From: Macrostomum lignano
Lineage: Eukaryota
Reading direction: 5' to 3'
Length of the DNA stretch: 41,924 bases
NCBI GenBank assembly: GCA_002269645.1
Contig: NIVC01004562.1
Location: forward strand, 1 to 41,924
The notes under the pieces were generated by a model that saw nothing but the letters and a program-made list of their open reading frames with translations, was not told where the DNA came from and did no database searches. Shown here one piece after another: positions 11,541-22,321 of the stretch; position 1 is the first letter of the stretch, and each line of letters opens with the position of its first letter. The translations under genes were made by a program, and so were the position numbers.

Positions 11541-12764
11541 TTTTATTGTACAGACTTATCTCGCTACAAACACACTTTGAATCCAATGGTTGTCTCAACT
11601 TCAACTTTCAATTTATTATCCATTATTCTTAATGGAATTATTTATAAGCAAAATTAAAAAACCACAAGGACTGTTTATCACAGCCAGTCAAGTTCTAGAA
11701 CCTATATCGCTGATTAAGCCAGTTTGCACACGTGGTGTCCCATTAATTTTTTTCTGTTTTAAATTATTTCTTCTAGGTATTTTTTGCTTAGAAGACCCAC
11801 CCGTATGAAGAGTTTAGAATTTGTCTGTTTTATTAATTAATTCCTTTCGCACGCTACTGAAGAAATTGGAAATTTGCAAGTAGTATATAATAGCCTCGCG
11901 CGCTGCTTGTTCTGCGTTGCCATGGGCAAATTATCATGCTGCATCATCTTATAGCCTTGGCTTTGTCTGTTTTTTTTATTACTAAATTTGCTGTTTGCGT
12001 AGTTAAGCTGCTTAAGGTAATAATAAATACAATTATTGGCTACTTGTAAGACAAGTTTTTTCCTATATTACTGAAGAACTAATGCTTTTTGTGCAATGAT
12101 AATTTCATTTTTTGACCTTTAGTTGGGATATAATGCTTAAATGCACAGGCTGTGTATTTTGGCTCGACTTGCCTGTTTATTTCTTAGTTCATCTGCACTG
12201 GTCTATTTTCTCTTCAGTCTTGTTATTTTCTTACTTTCTCCTTCGCTGCCTTCCGATTCAAAGACATGCAATAAGCGATTGTCTATGGTTGAAACCTTTG
12301 CAGTTTTACAACTCGTACTCGGTCTAGGATATTTTACGCACTTGAAAAACATAGATGAAGGAATATCAAATACATGCAACTCAGGCTCCCGTAATTTCCT
12401 CACTAAATCGTGGGTGAAATAATGTAAGATTACTACTAGGCTTTCGTAGTAAGCCTAGTAAGCCTAGTAGTAGGCATATTGTCCCATGACTGAGCGTGCG
12501 TTGAAAAAATTCTTCGTCACAGCACTGTACTTTATTATCTGCACGCTTTTTGTTCCTGCAGCTAGGAGTTCCTACCATAGACATTTTCTTAGTGACCATA
12601 GACAATTTCTTGCTATGCACAAGCTTCTGATCGTGAGTTTGGCCCCATATGGATTCATTGTTTAGCAATTTGACGATCATTATTCACATTTTTAATGCAG
12701 AACAATCCATTACTACAAACAATGCATTGTCTGTAGGATCGTCAAACAGAAAAACAATGCAAAG

Positions 12765-12840
12765 AATCAGCGGTCGCAGTGCGTGACAACGGTAGGCGCA
12801 AGCCATAGACAATCGTTGTCACGCACTGCGACCGCTGATT
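12765..12840. repeat. Perfect 27-bp inverted repeat with 22-nt loop
   Basis: AATCAGCGGTCGCAGTGCGTGACAACG (12765-12791) is the exact reverse complement of 12814-12840; the loop contains CCATAGAC. Confidence 0.95.
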
Positions 12841-12864
12841 ATTTATCCATTATTTCCTAACGGC

Positions 12865-13310
12865 ATGACGGCCGGTGAGATCTCCCACCATTTGGAGTGG
12901 GCCGACGTTGAGAAGCTTGTAGACGAGCAGTTACGTCTCCAAGCAACTAGTGTGGACGACAACGAGGAGCTGAACCGCCTATTCGACTCCATCCCTGATT
13001 TGAACGACGACTTGGCCTCGATCGACCTTGACGCATCAATCCGGGCGCTGGAGCAAGAGACCGATGTAAATCGTCTAAGAAGCATGAGGCTCAATACGTC
13101 GCGAAATTTCGCGATTTCTTGGTCAAGTATCCGCACCTGCGCGTCGATTTGGACACCTCGCAACCTGAGGAGCTGAGCGTTGGCCTGCGCTACTTTTACG
13201 GCACTCTTCGCAAGACTGATGGCCAGCCGGATGCTCCTAGCAGCCTCGTGTGCATTCGCGCTGCCTTGTTCCGCTACCTGATGAAGAACCGGGGCATCAA
13301 TAAACGTTGC
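12865..13310 (+). mobile_element. Truncated, frameshifted Crypton-type tyrosine-recombinase element (N-terminal core-binding region only)
   Basis: Joining ORF 12865 to ORF 13119 across a frameshift near 13105 gives FRDFLVKYPHLRVDLDTSQPEELSVGLRYFYGTLRKTDGQPDAPSSLVCIRAALFRYL. This matches the recalled CryptonA/DUF3504-associated pattern EL..LL..FY..VRK.DG..Y.PSSL..IR..L.R.L found in Crypton elements and ZMYM/QRICH1/KCTD1. No catalytic R-H-R-Y half is present. Confidence 0.75.
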
Positions 13311-13343
13311 TTGCAAACTGCTGTTTTTTGTGGCGCTGTACGC

Positions 13344-13402
13344 TATTATCTGCACGCTTTTTCATTATCTGCACGCTTTTTTCATTATCTGCACGCTTTT
13401 TT
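13344..13402. repeat. Three tandem ~19-20 bp copies of ATTATCTGCACGCTTTTT(T)C; a solo copy at ~12534
   Basis: Direct reading. The motif lies on both sides of the Crypton remnant. Confidence 0.8.
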
Positions 13403-13881
13403 GGCTAAGCCGCATAGGGTTGGGCCATAGACTGTAAGATTAATGCACGCTTTTTAACAAAAAACGCACGCTCAGTCATGGGACAATTTTCTATAAGATT
13501 TATTAGATCCACAGTGATTAGATCTATAAGATCTAAATGCAAATTTCGACAATTAAAACGGGACGCCATAGACATTCAAGCCAGGCCACATCACACCCTA
13601 GTCATGGACTTAAGCAGTTTAGCAAATTCTTCCCCACTTGGCTGGGCCGTGTCTGTCTATGGTTCAATGCTTTTTTCATTTCTTTGGCCCGGTCCAAGTT
13701 TGTAAAAAATAAGTTTTTTCCGTTTCTTTCTGTCTATGGCCCAAAGTCCCCGGCTAAGAGCTCGCTTCTAGGCCTCAGCCAAGAAACGAGCTCCTCAGCC
13801 GAGGAATTCGGGCCAAAGAAGGGAAGAAACGGAAAGAACTTATACGTCTACTGAGGGAGGCTTGGCCATAGACTATAACTT

Positions 13882-14382
13882 TGGACATTCAATATGGGAA
13901 AAAGCCATTCAAAACGGGAATCGGACTGAGATTTTATAGCTCTCTGTTTGCTCGTCTTTGGCCTGAAGGCGACCCCAATTCAATGGCGCCAACAATTCCT
14001 GTAGCAGATTGCCAGCGGCTGATTGATGCGATCGAACAAGGGTCCTCCATCGCAGGAAGCTGCAAGAATCTTGCAAATCAAGAAAACAACCGCATTCCGA
14101 ATCGCTGCCAACTTTCGACTCTATGGCAGAGTGCAGAATCCCTTCCTCGCGGTGGTCGGAAGGAAGGATTGTGCAAGGCCGGTCAGGAAATGAGAATTCT
14201 TGGATGAGAAACTCGATGAAAATCCTTTCCTGACGCTCAAGGGATTCTGAGTTACTTTTGTTTTGCATCCGGTAACGGACACTTTGCTCACTTTTAAATA
14301 CTCCAGTGGCCCGGAGATATAAAAATACATTAAATTGGCCGAATTCCCGTTTTGAATGACTTTTCCCCATTTAGATTGTCCA
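13882..14382 (+). mobile_element. Internally deleted Tc1/IS630-like element with imperfect ~45-bp TIRs and a frameshifted transposase HTH
   Basis: From ATG 13983, across three frameshifts: MAPTIPVADCQRLIDAIEQGSSIA/EAARILQIKKTTAFRIAANFRLYGRV/ESLPRGGRK.../FLDEKLDENPFLTLKG, a typical Tc1/IS630 double HTH with GRPR-like RGGR linker. Left end TGGACATTCAATATGGGAAAAAGCCATTCAAAACGGGAATCGG is an imperfect reverse complement of 14336-14382. Confidence 0.7.
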
Positions 14383-14476
14383 TTCCACATTCTATGGTTG
14401 TGTACCTCGTATTACCAAACAGCTGTCCTGTTTGATTGTCAAAAATACCATTTAGATCGTCAAAAGCGATACTACA

Positions 14477-15092
14477 AGTATTGGTTTTTGCGAGCTATCT
14501 CAGCCAAGGAGCAAGCAAACTCATCCATCCCATAGATTTCAATACGACGAAGGAGGTGGTTTGAACCATAGACTATCACGTTTTTTCAACCAAACTCATC
14601 CAACGGGCGAGCAATCTCAGCCATAGCTTGTTTATTAAGCGAAAAATTTAATTGGTTCGTATATAAGAGACTTTATGATAGAGCAGCACATCAATCTTGC
14701 TTGATTCCTCCCTTATTCCGCCACGTTGGAGAGCAGCAATTCTTCCAGTAGCTACGTAAGTCCGGATTATATGTCTGGACGTCTTCAGCTTTATCCGAGA
14801 ATGCGTGAAGCAGTGCTCAAATTTTGTCCGTCATTCCATGCGTTGATTAGCTTCTCTCTGTCGGAGTTGGATGTTTGTCGCAACTGAGCCATCGGAGGAG
14901 GAGGAAAGAAAGAAGGGAAGAGGAAATGAATGGGCAGACAAGCTATGGCTGAGATTGCTCGCCCGTTGGATGAGTTTGGTTGAAAAAACGTGATAGTCTA
15001 TGGTTCAAACCACCTCCTTCGTCGTATTGAAATCTATGGGATGGATGAGTTTGCTTGCTCCTTGGCTGAGATAGCTCGCAAAAACCAATACT
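14477..15092. mobile_element. Foldback/MITE-like element: 155-bp apparently perfect inverted repeats around a 306-bp spacer
   Basis: 14477-14631 equals the reverse complement of 14938-15092 as read by eye. No target-site duplication found. Confidence 0.75.
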
Positions 15093-16133
15093 GCTTTTTG
15101 CTTTGTTCGCGATATACATTTGCCTTCTGAGACGAACATTTCTATACTGAAATGAACATTTAAACATCTTCCACGGAAATAATTTAGATTTCCCTACATG
15201 TACCTTACATGTAAAGGTTTTGAAAGTTACCAACTGTTAACGATAATTTGATAAGCGACACAGCTAGTTTTTTAATTCTAAAAACGCATATTGCACACAT
15301 TAATGACAAATCAACTCTTTAAAATCTGTTTAAAACACCAATCTTATTAACTCGATGCTTGAAGTATCTTCTGTTAGGATTGACCAATACGAGTATATGA
15401 CAATTCACCACGGCAACTGACAAGTACAGACCAAAATTCTTGGTCAATAAACTTGTATAAAATCACATCGAACCAGCTTCAAATGATGTCTAAAAAATGA
15501 CTAAATGGTGCATAAGTCGGTCGCCAATTACCAAGATTTATATTATAGTTAAACTACTACACAAGGACGCCACACGCATGCACAGCTCCCGCCTGTGGAG
15601 CCGTGTGCACAGGCGGTTAGTTTCAACAATATATTTGATGTCTATGGAGAACAGACAGAAAAGCACATTGTTAATGCAGATGCGCAGACAATGGCAATGC
15701 ACTGTTTTTATGCGCTTAATAGCAGCCTTTGAAACAGGTTGGCGAGAAGTCTAGTTAAAAAACAATTGAGGACACAGCCCGAGCAAGAATGTAACGAATT
15801 TCATGAAGACCGACGTGCAAACATGAATCGAACTATTAAAATGGTACTAGCTACTTATAGTAGTATAGGAAATGACGGGAATGGAAAAAGAGGGGACGGC
15901 GATATCTGCCCAAAAATGGCACGGAATGTTGATGATGATAATAAAGTAGGAATGCATGCGATCTATTACAATTAAGTAAATACAATCAATTGTTTTATTT
16001 AAGTCTCGGACGCAGGACAAAAGCCTGGTTTAATTTTTGACTACGAGCATTTCTGTGGGTGCAAAATGGACCCTAAGTAAGCGTGAGCATTAATAGCTAC
16101 TAATATAATTACTGTCATTATACGCATGCTTGG

Positions 16134-16289
16134 GCGCAACCTTGGGATTCACCCGGCCGTTTCTATTGGCAACACATGCATGTAAGTCGCTATTGGCTGA
16201 GAGCAGTCACGTGACTACTGTTCTGTCCAATAGCGACTTACATATGTGTGTTGCCAATAGAAACGGCCGGGCGAATCCCAAAGTTGCGC
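16134..16289. repeat. Palindromic MITE-like element, ~63-bp arms with ~4 mismatches and central AGTCACGTGACT
   Basis: GCGCAACCTTGGGATTCACCCGGCCGTTTCTATTGGCAACAC...GTAAGTCGCTATTGG (16134-16196) pairs with 16227-16289. Confidence 0.8.
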
Positions 16290-16399
16290 ATGTTAAAATT
16301 TATACGGATATCAGTACTGATGTGAAGTTGCTTAAAGAAATTAATTAAGAACTATGCCTTAGGCTACCCTACATATCACCCCAAATGTACAACAACCGG

Positions 16400-16557
16400 C
16401 TAAGTGTACACTAACCCACCCTTAGATGTACACTAACCTACCCCTAGATGTACACTAACCCACCCCTAGGTGTGCACTAACCCACCCTTAGATGTACACT
16501 AACCCACCCCTAGATGTACACTAACCCTTCCCCTAGATGTACACTAACCCACCCCCT
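16400..16557. repeat. 22-bp minisatellite (AGATGTACACTAACCCACCCCT), ~7 copies
   Basis: Direct reading. Confidence 0.92.
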
Positions 16558-17334
16558 ACATTAACACACGCCCAACGCTATGCCCAAACATTCTTGCGAA
16601 ATTAAAAGTCAAAGTAAGCACAGAAGAATACAAAAAATTCTCTTCTGGACGGAGTGGAAGTTAAAAAACTGAGAGAACAGAATGGACGCAAGTCTACTAA
16701 AAGAGCATTGCAAACGAATGACAATTGAAAATTTATATATGTGAACACAGTTCAAAAACATCAGAATGGACGGGGCCTAGGGCGACAAATGAGACGCTAA
16801 AAAATCGAACTCAAAAATCTAAATTACACAGAATCATATGCAAAAGCCAAAGAGGACGGTTCTCATGAGAAAAAAAGCAACTCAAGACGGACATAATGCG
16901 CAAAGGCATTGATACTATGGAATGTAGTTAACTCATGGTATCACAACAATTCAAATCTGACAATGTTGGGCTTCTGTCAAACAATATACATACATGTTGC
17001 GAGAGATTTTTGTGTTTTTTCAAACTTATCACAATATATTTCGACATGCAGAAAATATGCAAGAAAAACTACAATGAGTATTATTATTTAATAGTAATTA
17101 GCTACCTAAGGAATTCCAGTTCCATTTTGTTTAACTCGAGTGATACGGAAATCTTTAATTACGAGCGTAATTAAAAATTAAAAGTGCAATGCATGGAAGA
17201 ATTCGCGTACGAGTCAGGCCTTTTACTGTATGAGAATGTGAATGTTGAAACCCATTTTTTAACATCTATTGATAGATTTGTACTCTTAGCCCTTGGTTCG
17301 GTAAGTAGCTATCTTAAGCTGGAGTAGGAAAAAG

Positions 17335-17457
17335 GATATTCAGGGGGAGATGCTGTCTCTCAGCTGGGGGTATTCAGAGGGAGATGCTGTCTCTCAGCTG
17401 GGGTATTCAGAGGGAGATGCTGTCTCTCAGCTGGGGGTATTCAGAGGGAATGCTGTC
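17335..17457. repeat. 33-34 bp minisatellite (GGGTATTCAGAGGGAGATGCTGTCTCTCAGCTG), ~3.5 copies
   Basis: Direct reading. Confidence 0.9.
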
Positions 17458-17549
17458 TGCTTCATGGCTACACATCCCCATAACGTAAACAAAACAGATA
17501 ATAAAAAAACGATATAAAAAGTACATAAAATAAAAAGTACAGAAGTGAA

Positions 17550-20500
17550 TTACAACAATGAGGCAACTTCGCCTAACAATTGAGCAGCTGAGCTGTTATT
17601 GGCAACTGAGAGTCCAGCTGTGGCGGTAGCGCCACCACCTGCCAGATCCAATGGCGGCAGTCTGCGGCCGCAGATGCTGTTGTCCGACAGGCGGGGATCG
17701 CGGCCGCAGACAAAGCGACGTCGAATTGAGGCGGGCGGTGGGACAGCCGTAGTAGCGGCGGCGGTCAGGCTGGGTGCGCGCGTGAAGTGCGTTACTTAGA
17801 TACTACTGTCAAACTGGCTAATAAGTAGTGCGTTCTGCTTTTTAGAAACTGAAGTGTCTCTTTTGATACAAAAACCGAAAAAGTGACCAATTGGAAACTA
17901 CTGACAATGGGATGATATTATGAGGGCGATGACCAATCATCATGAAGGGAAGACCAATCAGCATGAAGGGGATGACCAATCAGCACGTAGGGGATGACCA
18001 ATCAGGATGAAGGGGATGACCAATCAGGATGAAGGGGATGACCAATCATTATGAAGGATATGACCAATCATTATGAAGGGGATGACCAATCATTATGAAG
18101 GAGATGACCAATCATTATGAAGGAGATGACCAATCATTATGAAGGGGATGACCAATCATTATGAAGGGGATGACAAATCATCGTGAAAGCTATGACAAAC
18201 CATAACAGAAAGGAGGAAGTTGTATGCATAAAATGAAAAGACAGCTGTTGGAACAATACAGACTATTTTTTGTTTAGTCAGATAGAGATACTATTTTAAA
18301 TTGCAGGGAAGATCTGAAAGAAGACTAGCGCCATTATTAATTAATGCTATATATTTCAATACGTTTTACTACTAGGGGCCCGAGCAACTGACTGTAAAAC
18401 GAAGAACGCAATGCAACACTATGAAAATTAGATACCCAGTTACTGAAACAAAGTCAGTGCATAAACACAGACTGTGGTGTGCGAAAGGTAAAGGTAACAC
18501 ATAGTACGGACATTGATGCTTTGCTTCAATAAGCAAGCTTTGTCAAACTCTTCAGCTAATTAGTTATTCGTATGCAAAGTATAAACATAGGCCGGAAGTC
18601 TGGAGCGCTAATTTAATACTCGAACTAATTTAAATATGCGCTCATTTCAGATTCTTTGGTATGGCCTGTTGCTCACGATAGCTACATCTTATTCATCTAA
18701 TTTCGGGGTGTGAAGAATATTTATGAACCTCCTCCTCTGTGGTAAATTAAGTTGCAAAATGTGACAGCTAAGATGTGAATGAAGCTCCAGGTGTGAATGA
18801 AACTCAAGGGTGCAAATGAAGCTGCAGGGTGTGAATGAAGCTCCAGGGTGTGAATGAAGCAATGACTATTTTGATCTATGAAGTTTCAAGATGTGAATTA
18901 AAAGGTTCCAAGATGTGAAGATTGAAGTTCCAGTATGTGAAAGAAGCATCAAGATGTGAATGAAGAGGCTTCAAAATGTGAATGAGGAAGCTCTAAGATG
19001 TGAATGAAGAGGCTTCAAAATGTGAATGAGGAAGCTCCGAGATGTGAATGAAAAGGCCCCAAAATGTGAATGAGGAAGCTCTAAGATGTGAATGAAGAGG
19101 CTTCAAAATGTGAATGAGGAAGCTCCGAGATGTGAATGAAAAGGCCCCAAAATGTGAATGAGGAAGCTCCGAGATGTGAATGAAAAGGCCCTAAGATGTA
19201 AATAAAGTTCTAATATACGTGTAAACAGTTTCAGGAAGTGAACAAAATGCCAAGAGACTCGGCAAGCCGGGGCATCCCACACTCTCCAAGCCAAAAATGC
19301 TCACCAGTCGTTATGATTAAAAGCAGCTCCGAGCTGTCTCGCAGCGGCCACAGAAGATGTGGAAGACCCACCGCCGCCACCGCGCACTGGGGCAACATCG
19401 AACAGGCGCCTGAGCGAGTCCTCCGAATCGAACGCCGAACAGACCAGCACCGTGCTGGAGCCGGCCGGGGCGGCGGTCGACGTTGGCGACTTGCAATTAG
19501 ACGAAGATTTACCGGCAGCCGCTAGCGATTTGGGCAAATGGCCTTGCGTTGGGGGTAGCGAGAATGTCGGATTTGTTAATCACTTGTCTATACGCGTGTC
19601 TTTTAGCCTTCTCAACTAGTCCATTGCTTCATTCTTATCTATCATTCATCTACTTCTTATCTGTTCTTTAGTTACTTCTCACCTGTTCTTTAGCTACTTC
19701 TCACATGTTCTTTAGTTATTTATCACCTGTTCTTTAGTTACTTCTCATCTGTCCTGAAGTTACTTCTCACCTTTTATTTATCTACTTCACACCTGTCCTT
19801 TAGTTAATTCTCACCTCTTATTTATCTACTTCACACCTGCCCTTTAGTTACTTCTCACCAGTCCTTTAGTTACTTTTCACCTGTTCTTTATCTACTTCTT
19901 ACCTGTCCTCTATCTACTTCTTACGTGTCTTTTTTTCTACTTCTCACCTGTTCTTTATCTACTTCTTACCTGTCCTTTATCTACTTCTTACGTGTCTTTT
20001 TATCTACTTCTCACCTGTCATTTATCTACTTCTCACTTGTCCTTTATCTTTTCTCACCTGTCCTTTATCTCCTCACCTGCCCTTTATCTACCGGTACTTC
20101 TCACCTGTCCGTTGTCTTTTTCTCACCCGTCTTTCTCAATTACCAGCTATCCTCCGCTACAAACACACAGAAAAAGGAAACAATCAAGCCAAGCCTTCTC
20201 ACCAGCCAAATCCAGCGGCGGCAGGGCCGGACTGTACATGGGCACATTGGGCTCTATCCAGATGGACGGCGGCAGGTGTCGACATCGCATCGGCACGCTG
20301 GCCGCCGCCATAGCTGGCCGGGACAGTCGAGTTGCTCGAGACTGAAGCGGCTGCGGCTGCTTCTGGGGCTGCTTCTCCTGAGTCCTGTCTTCTTCAACGT
20401 CTGGCAGTTGTTTTCCACAACAAGCTTGAAGGATCCGACGATGACGCCGGTGCTGCTCGTCGAATTCCATTTCAAATTCGTCAATAAAATCGTCGTCTCC

Positions 20501-20668
20501 TCTGCCTGTTAAAATTGACGATCGAGGCGAGGGCGACGCTGTTGGCGAGTCGGCAATCAAGGAATTCGACGTTGTTGGCGTGCCGAGACCCGAATCGGCG
20601 TCTGCCTCTGCGGACATGTTCGAATCCGCCTGGTGCTGCCGTATCATGGACCTGGTGGCGCTGTCCAT
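17550..20668 (-). CDS. FAM181-like putative TEAD-interacting protein, 3 exons, ~307 aa
   Basis: Exons (minus strand): 20668-20203 (donor G|GTGAG, phase 1), 19542-19305 (acceptor AAG|GC, donor TG|GTGAG, phase 2) and 17769-17550 (acceptor CAG|C, stop TAA). The phases join exactly into one ORF. It contains VPMRCRHLPPSIWIEP (cf. recalled FAM181A PMRKRQLPASFWEEP and YAP MRLRKLPDSFFKPP) and HRRILQ (cf. FAM181 HRKYLQ). Gene structure is better supported than the family call; the 5' end is uncertain. Confidence 0.7.
17928..18197. repeat. 22-bp intronic minisatellite (GATGACCAATCATTATGAAGGG)
   Basis: About 12 tandem copies in intron 2 of the FAM181-like gene. Confidence 0.92.
18770..19200. repeat. 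22-23 bp intronic minisatellite (GATGTGAATGAGGAAGCTCC variants) with alternating dimers
   Basis: ATGTGAATGA core repeated; located in intron 2. Confidence 0.85.
19640..20110. repeat. 22-bp intronic minisatellite (CTTTAGTTACTTCTCACCTGTT)
   Basis: Fills intron 1 of the FAM181-like gene; explains the spurious ORFs at 19925 and 19992. Confidence 0.9.
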
Positions 20669-20924
20669 GCAGCAAAGTTTAGAGTACTGTATGTAAGACG
20701 TGCAGCTGCGTTGTGCACTGCTCACTCTCGTATTCTACATCTGCTTTCTACATGTTTTCATGCAAAACTATATAATGGCCATCTAACTTGGCACGCAAGC
20801 CAACTTTACAAGTACATGATCTAATGTACATATCGATCAGTGGTACTGGTATTATAGGTCTATATGGGAATACAGACGGCATAGAATCCTGACTTTGAGA
20901 ATGGTACCCTGAGTCTTTTTTGCC

Positions 20925-21643
20925 ATCCTGACTTTGATTATGCTATTCTGAATTTGATCATAGTTTTCTGACTTTGATTATGGTATTCTGAATTTGATTA
21001 TGGTATCCTGACTTTGATTATGGTATCCTGACTTTGATTATGGTATCCTGACTTTGATTATGCTATTCTGAATTTGATCATAGTTTTCTGACTTTGATTA
21101 TGGTATTCTGAATTTGATTATGGTATCCTGACTTTGATTATGGTATCCTGACTTTGATTATGCTATTCTGAATTTGATCATAGTATTCTGACTTTGATTA
21201 TGGTATTCTGACTTTGATTATGGTATCCCGACTTTGATTATGGCATTCTGACTTTGATTATGGTATTCTGACTTTGATTATGGTATCCTGACTTTGATTA
21301 TGGTATCCTGACTTTGATTATAGTATTCTGAATTTGATTCTGGTATACTGACTTCGATTATGGTATTCTGAATTTGATTATGGTATCCTGACTTTGATTA
21401 TGCTATTCTGAATTTGATCATAGTATTCTGACTTTGATTATGGTATCCCGACTTTGATTATGGCATTCTGACTTTGATTATGGTATTCTGACTTGGATTA
21501 TGGTATCCTGACTTTGATTATGGTATTCTGATTTTGATTATAGTATTCTGAATTTGATTCTGGTATACTGACTTCGATTATGGTATTCTGAATTTGATTA
21601 TGGTATCCTGACTTTGATGATGGTATGCTGACTTTGATTATGG
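20925..21643. repeat. 20-bp minisatellite (CTGACTTTGATTATGGTATC), ~36 copies
   Basis: Period of 20 is visible directly in the 10-base blocks. Confidence 0.97.
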
Positions 21644-21647
21644 GTAG

Positions 21648-21810
21648 CCATTCTTGAACAATTTGCGTGACACCTATGTGAATGTCTATGGACCTGACAA
21701 AGGAATTAAGTATTGATGAGTTATTATTTCTTTACAAAGTATGCCCAGACTTCAAATAGTATATTCCAACTAAGTATACTAGGGACAGCATCAAGCTGTA
21801 CTGTGCTTGT
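21648..21810 (+). mobile_element. piggyBac transposase fossil
   Basis: PFLNNLRDTYVNVYGPDK/ELSIDELLFLYKVCPDFK*YIPTKYTRDSIKLYCAC matches the recalled piggyBac pattern ELSIDESM..FKGR..FKQY.P.K..RYGIK, including the first catalytic Asp. One frameshift and one stop. Confidence 0.7.
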
Positions 21811-22004
21811 TAGCATTGAAAATTTCAAATAGGAATTTCACATTAGCAATATATCCAGATATAGTAAAGTGTAGATGTAACTTGTTGGTTCAGATATGTA
21901 TGCATGGTCTTTTCAAACACATCATGTACACATATTCAACTTTATTCTAAGTATAACCCTAGGCAAGCTGCAAGAAATTGGTACTGCTAGTTGTATACCA
22001 ATTA

Positions 22005-22320
22005 GGAACCAACCAATCAGGTGCTGCCACTAGAAAAGCCACTTAATCAAATACCACAGCTAGTGAAACTACCTAATCAGGTGCCATTATTAATAGAACT
22101 ACCCAATCAGGTGACATTATTAGCAGAACTACCTAATCAGATGCCATTATTAGTAGAACTACCCAATCAGATGACATTATTAGCAGAACTACCTAATCAG
22201 GTGCAGGTGCTATTATTAGTAGAACTACCCAATCAGGTGCCATTATTAGTTGAACTACTTAATCAAATGCCAATATTAGCAAAACTACCTAATCAAGTGC
22301 CATTACTAGCAATTCACAAA
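22005..22320. repeat. 30-bp minisatellite (GAACTACCTAATCAGGTGCCATTATTAGTA), ~10 copies
   Basis: Produces the 10-aa periodic ORF at 22021 (ELPNQVPLLx). Confidence 0.92.
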
Positions 22321-22321
22321 T

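Noticed and set aside
13909-14370. 153-aa minus-strand ORF
   Set aside because: Antisense to the Tc1-like HTH remnant and spanning its TIRs; no recognisable protein.
17599-17799. 66-aa plus-strand ORF MATESPAV...
   Set aside because: Antisense shadow of exon 3 of the FAM181-like gene.
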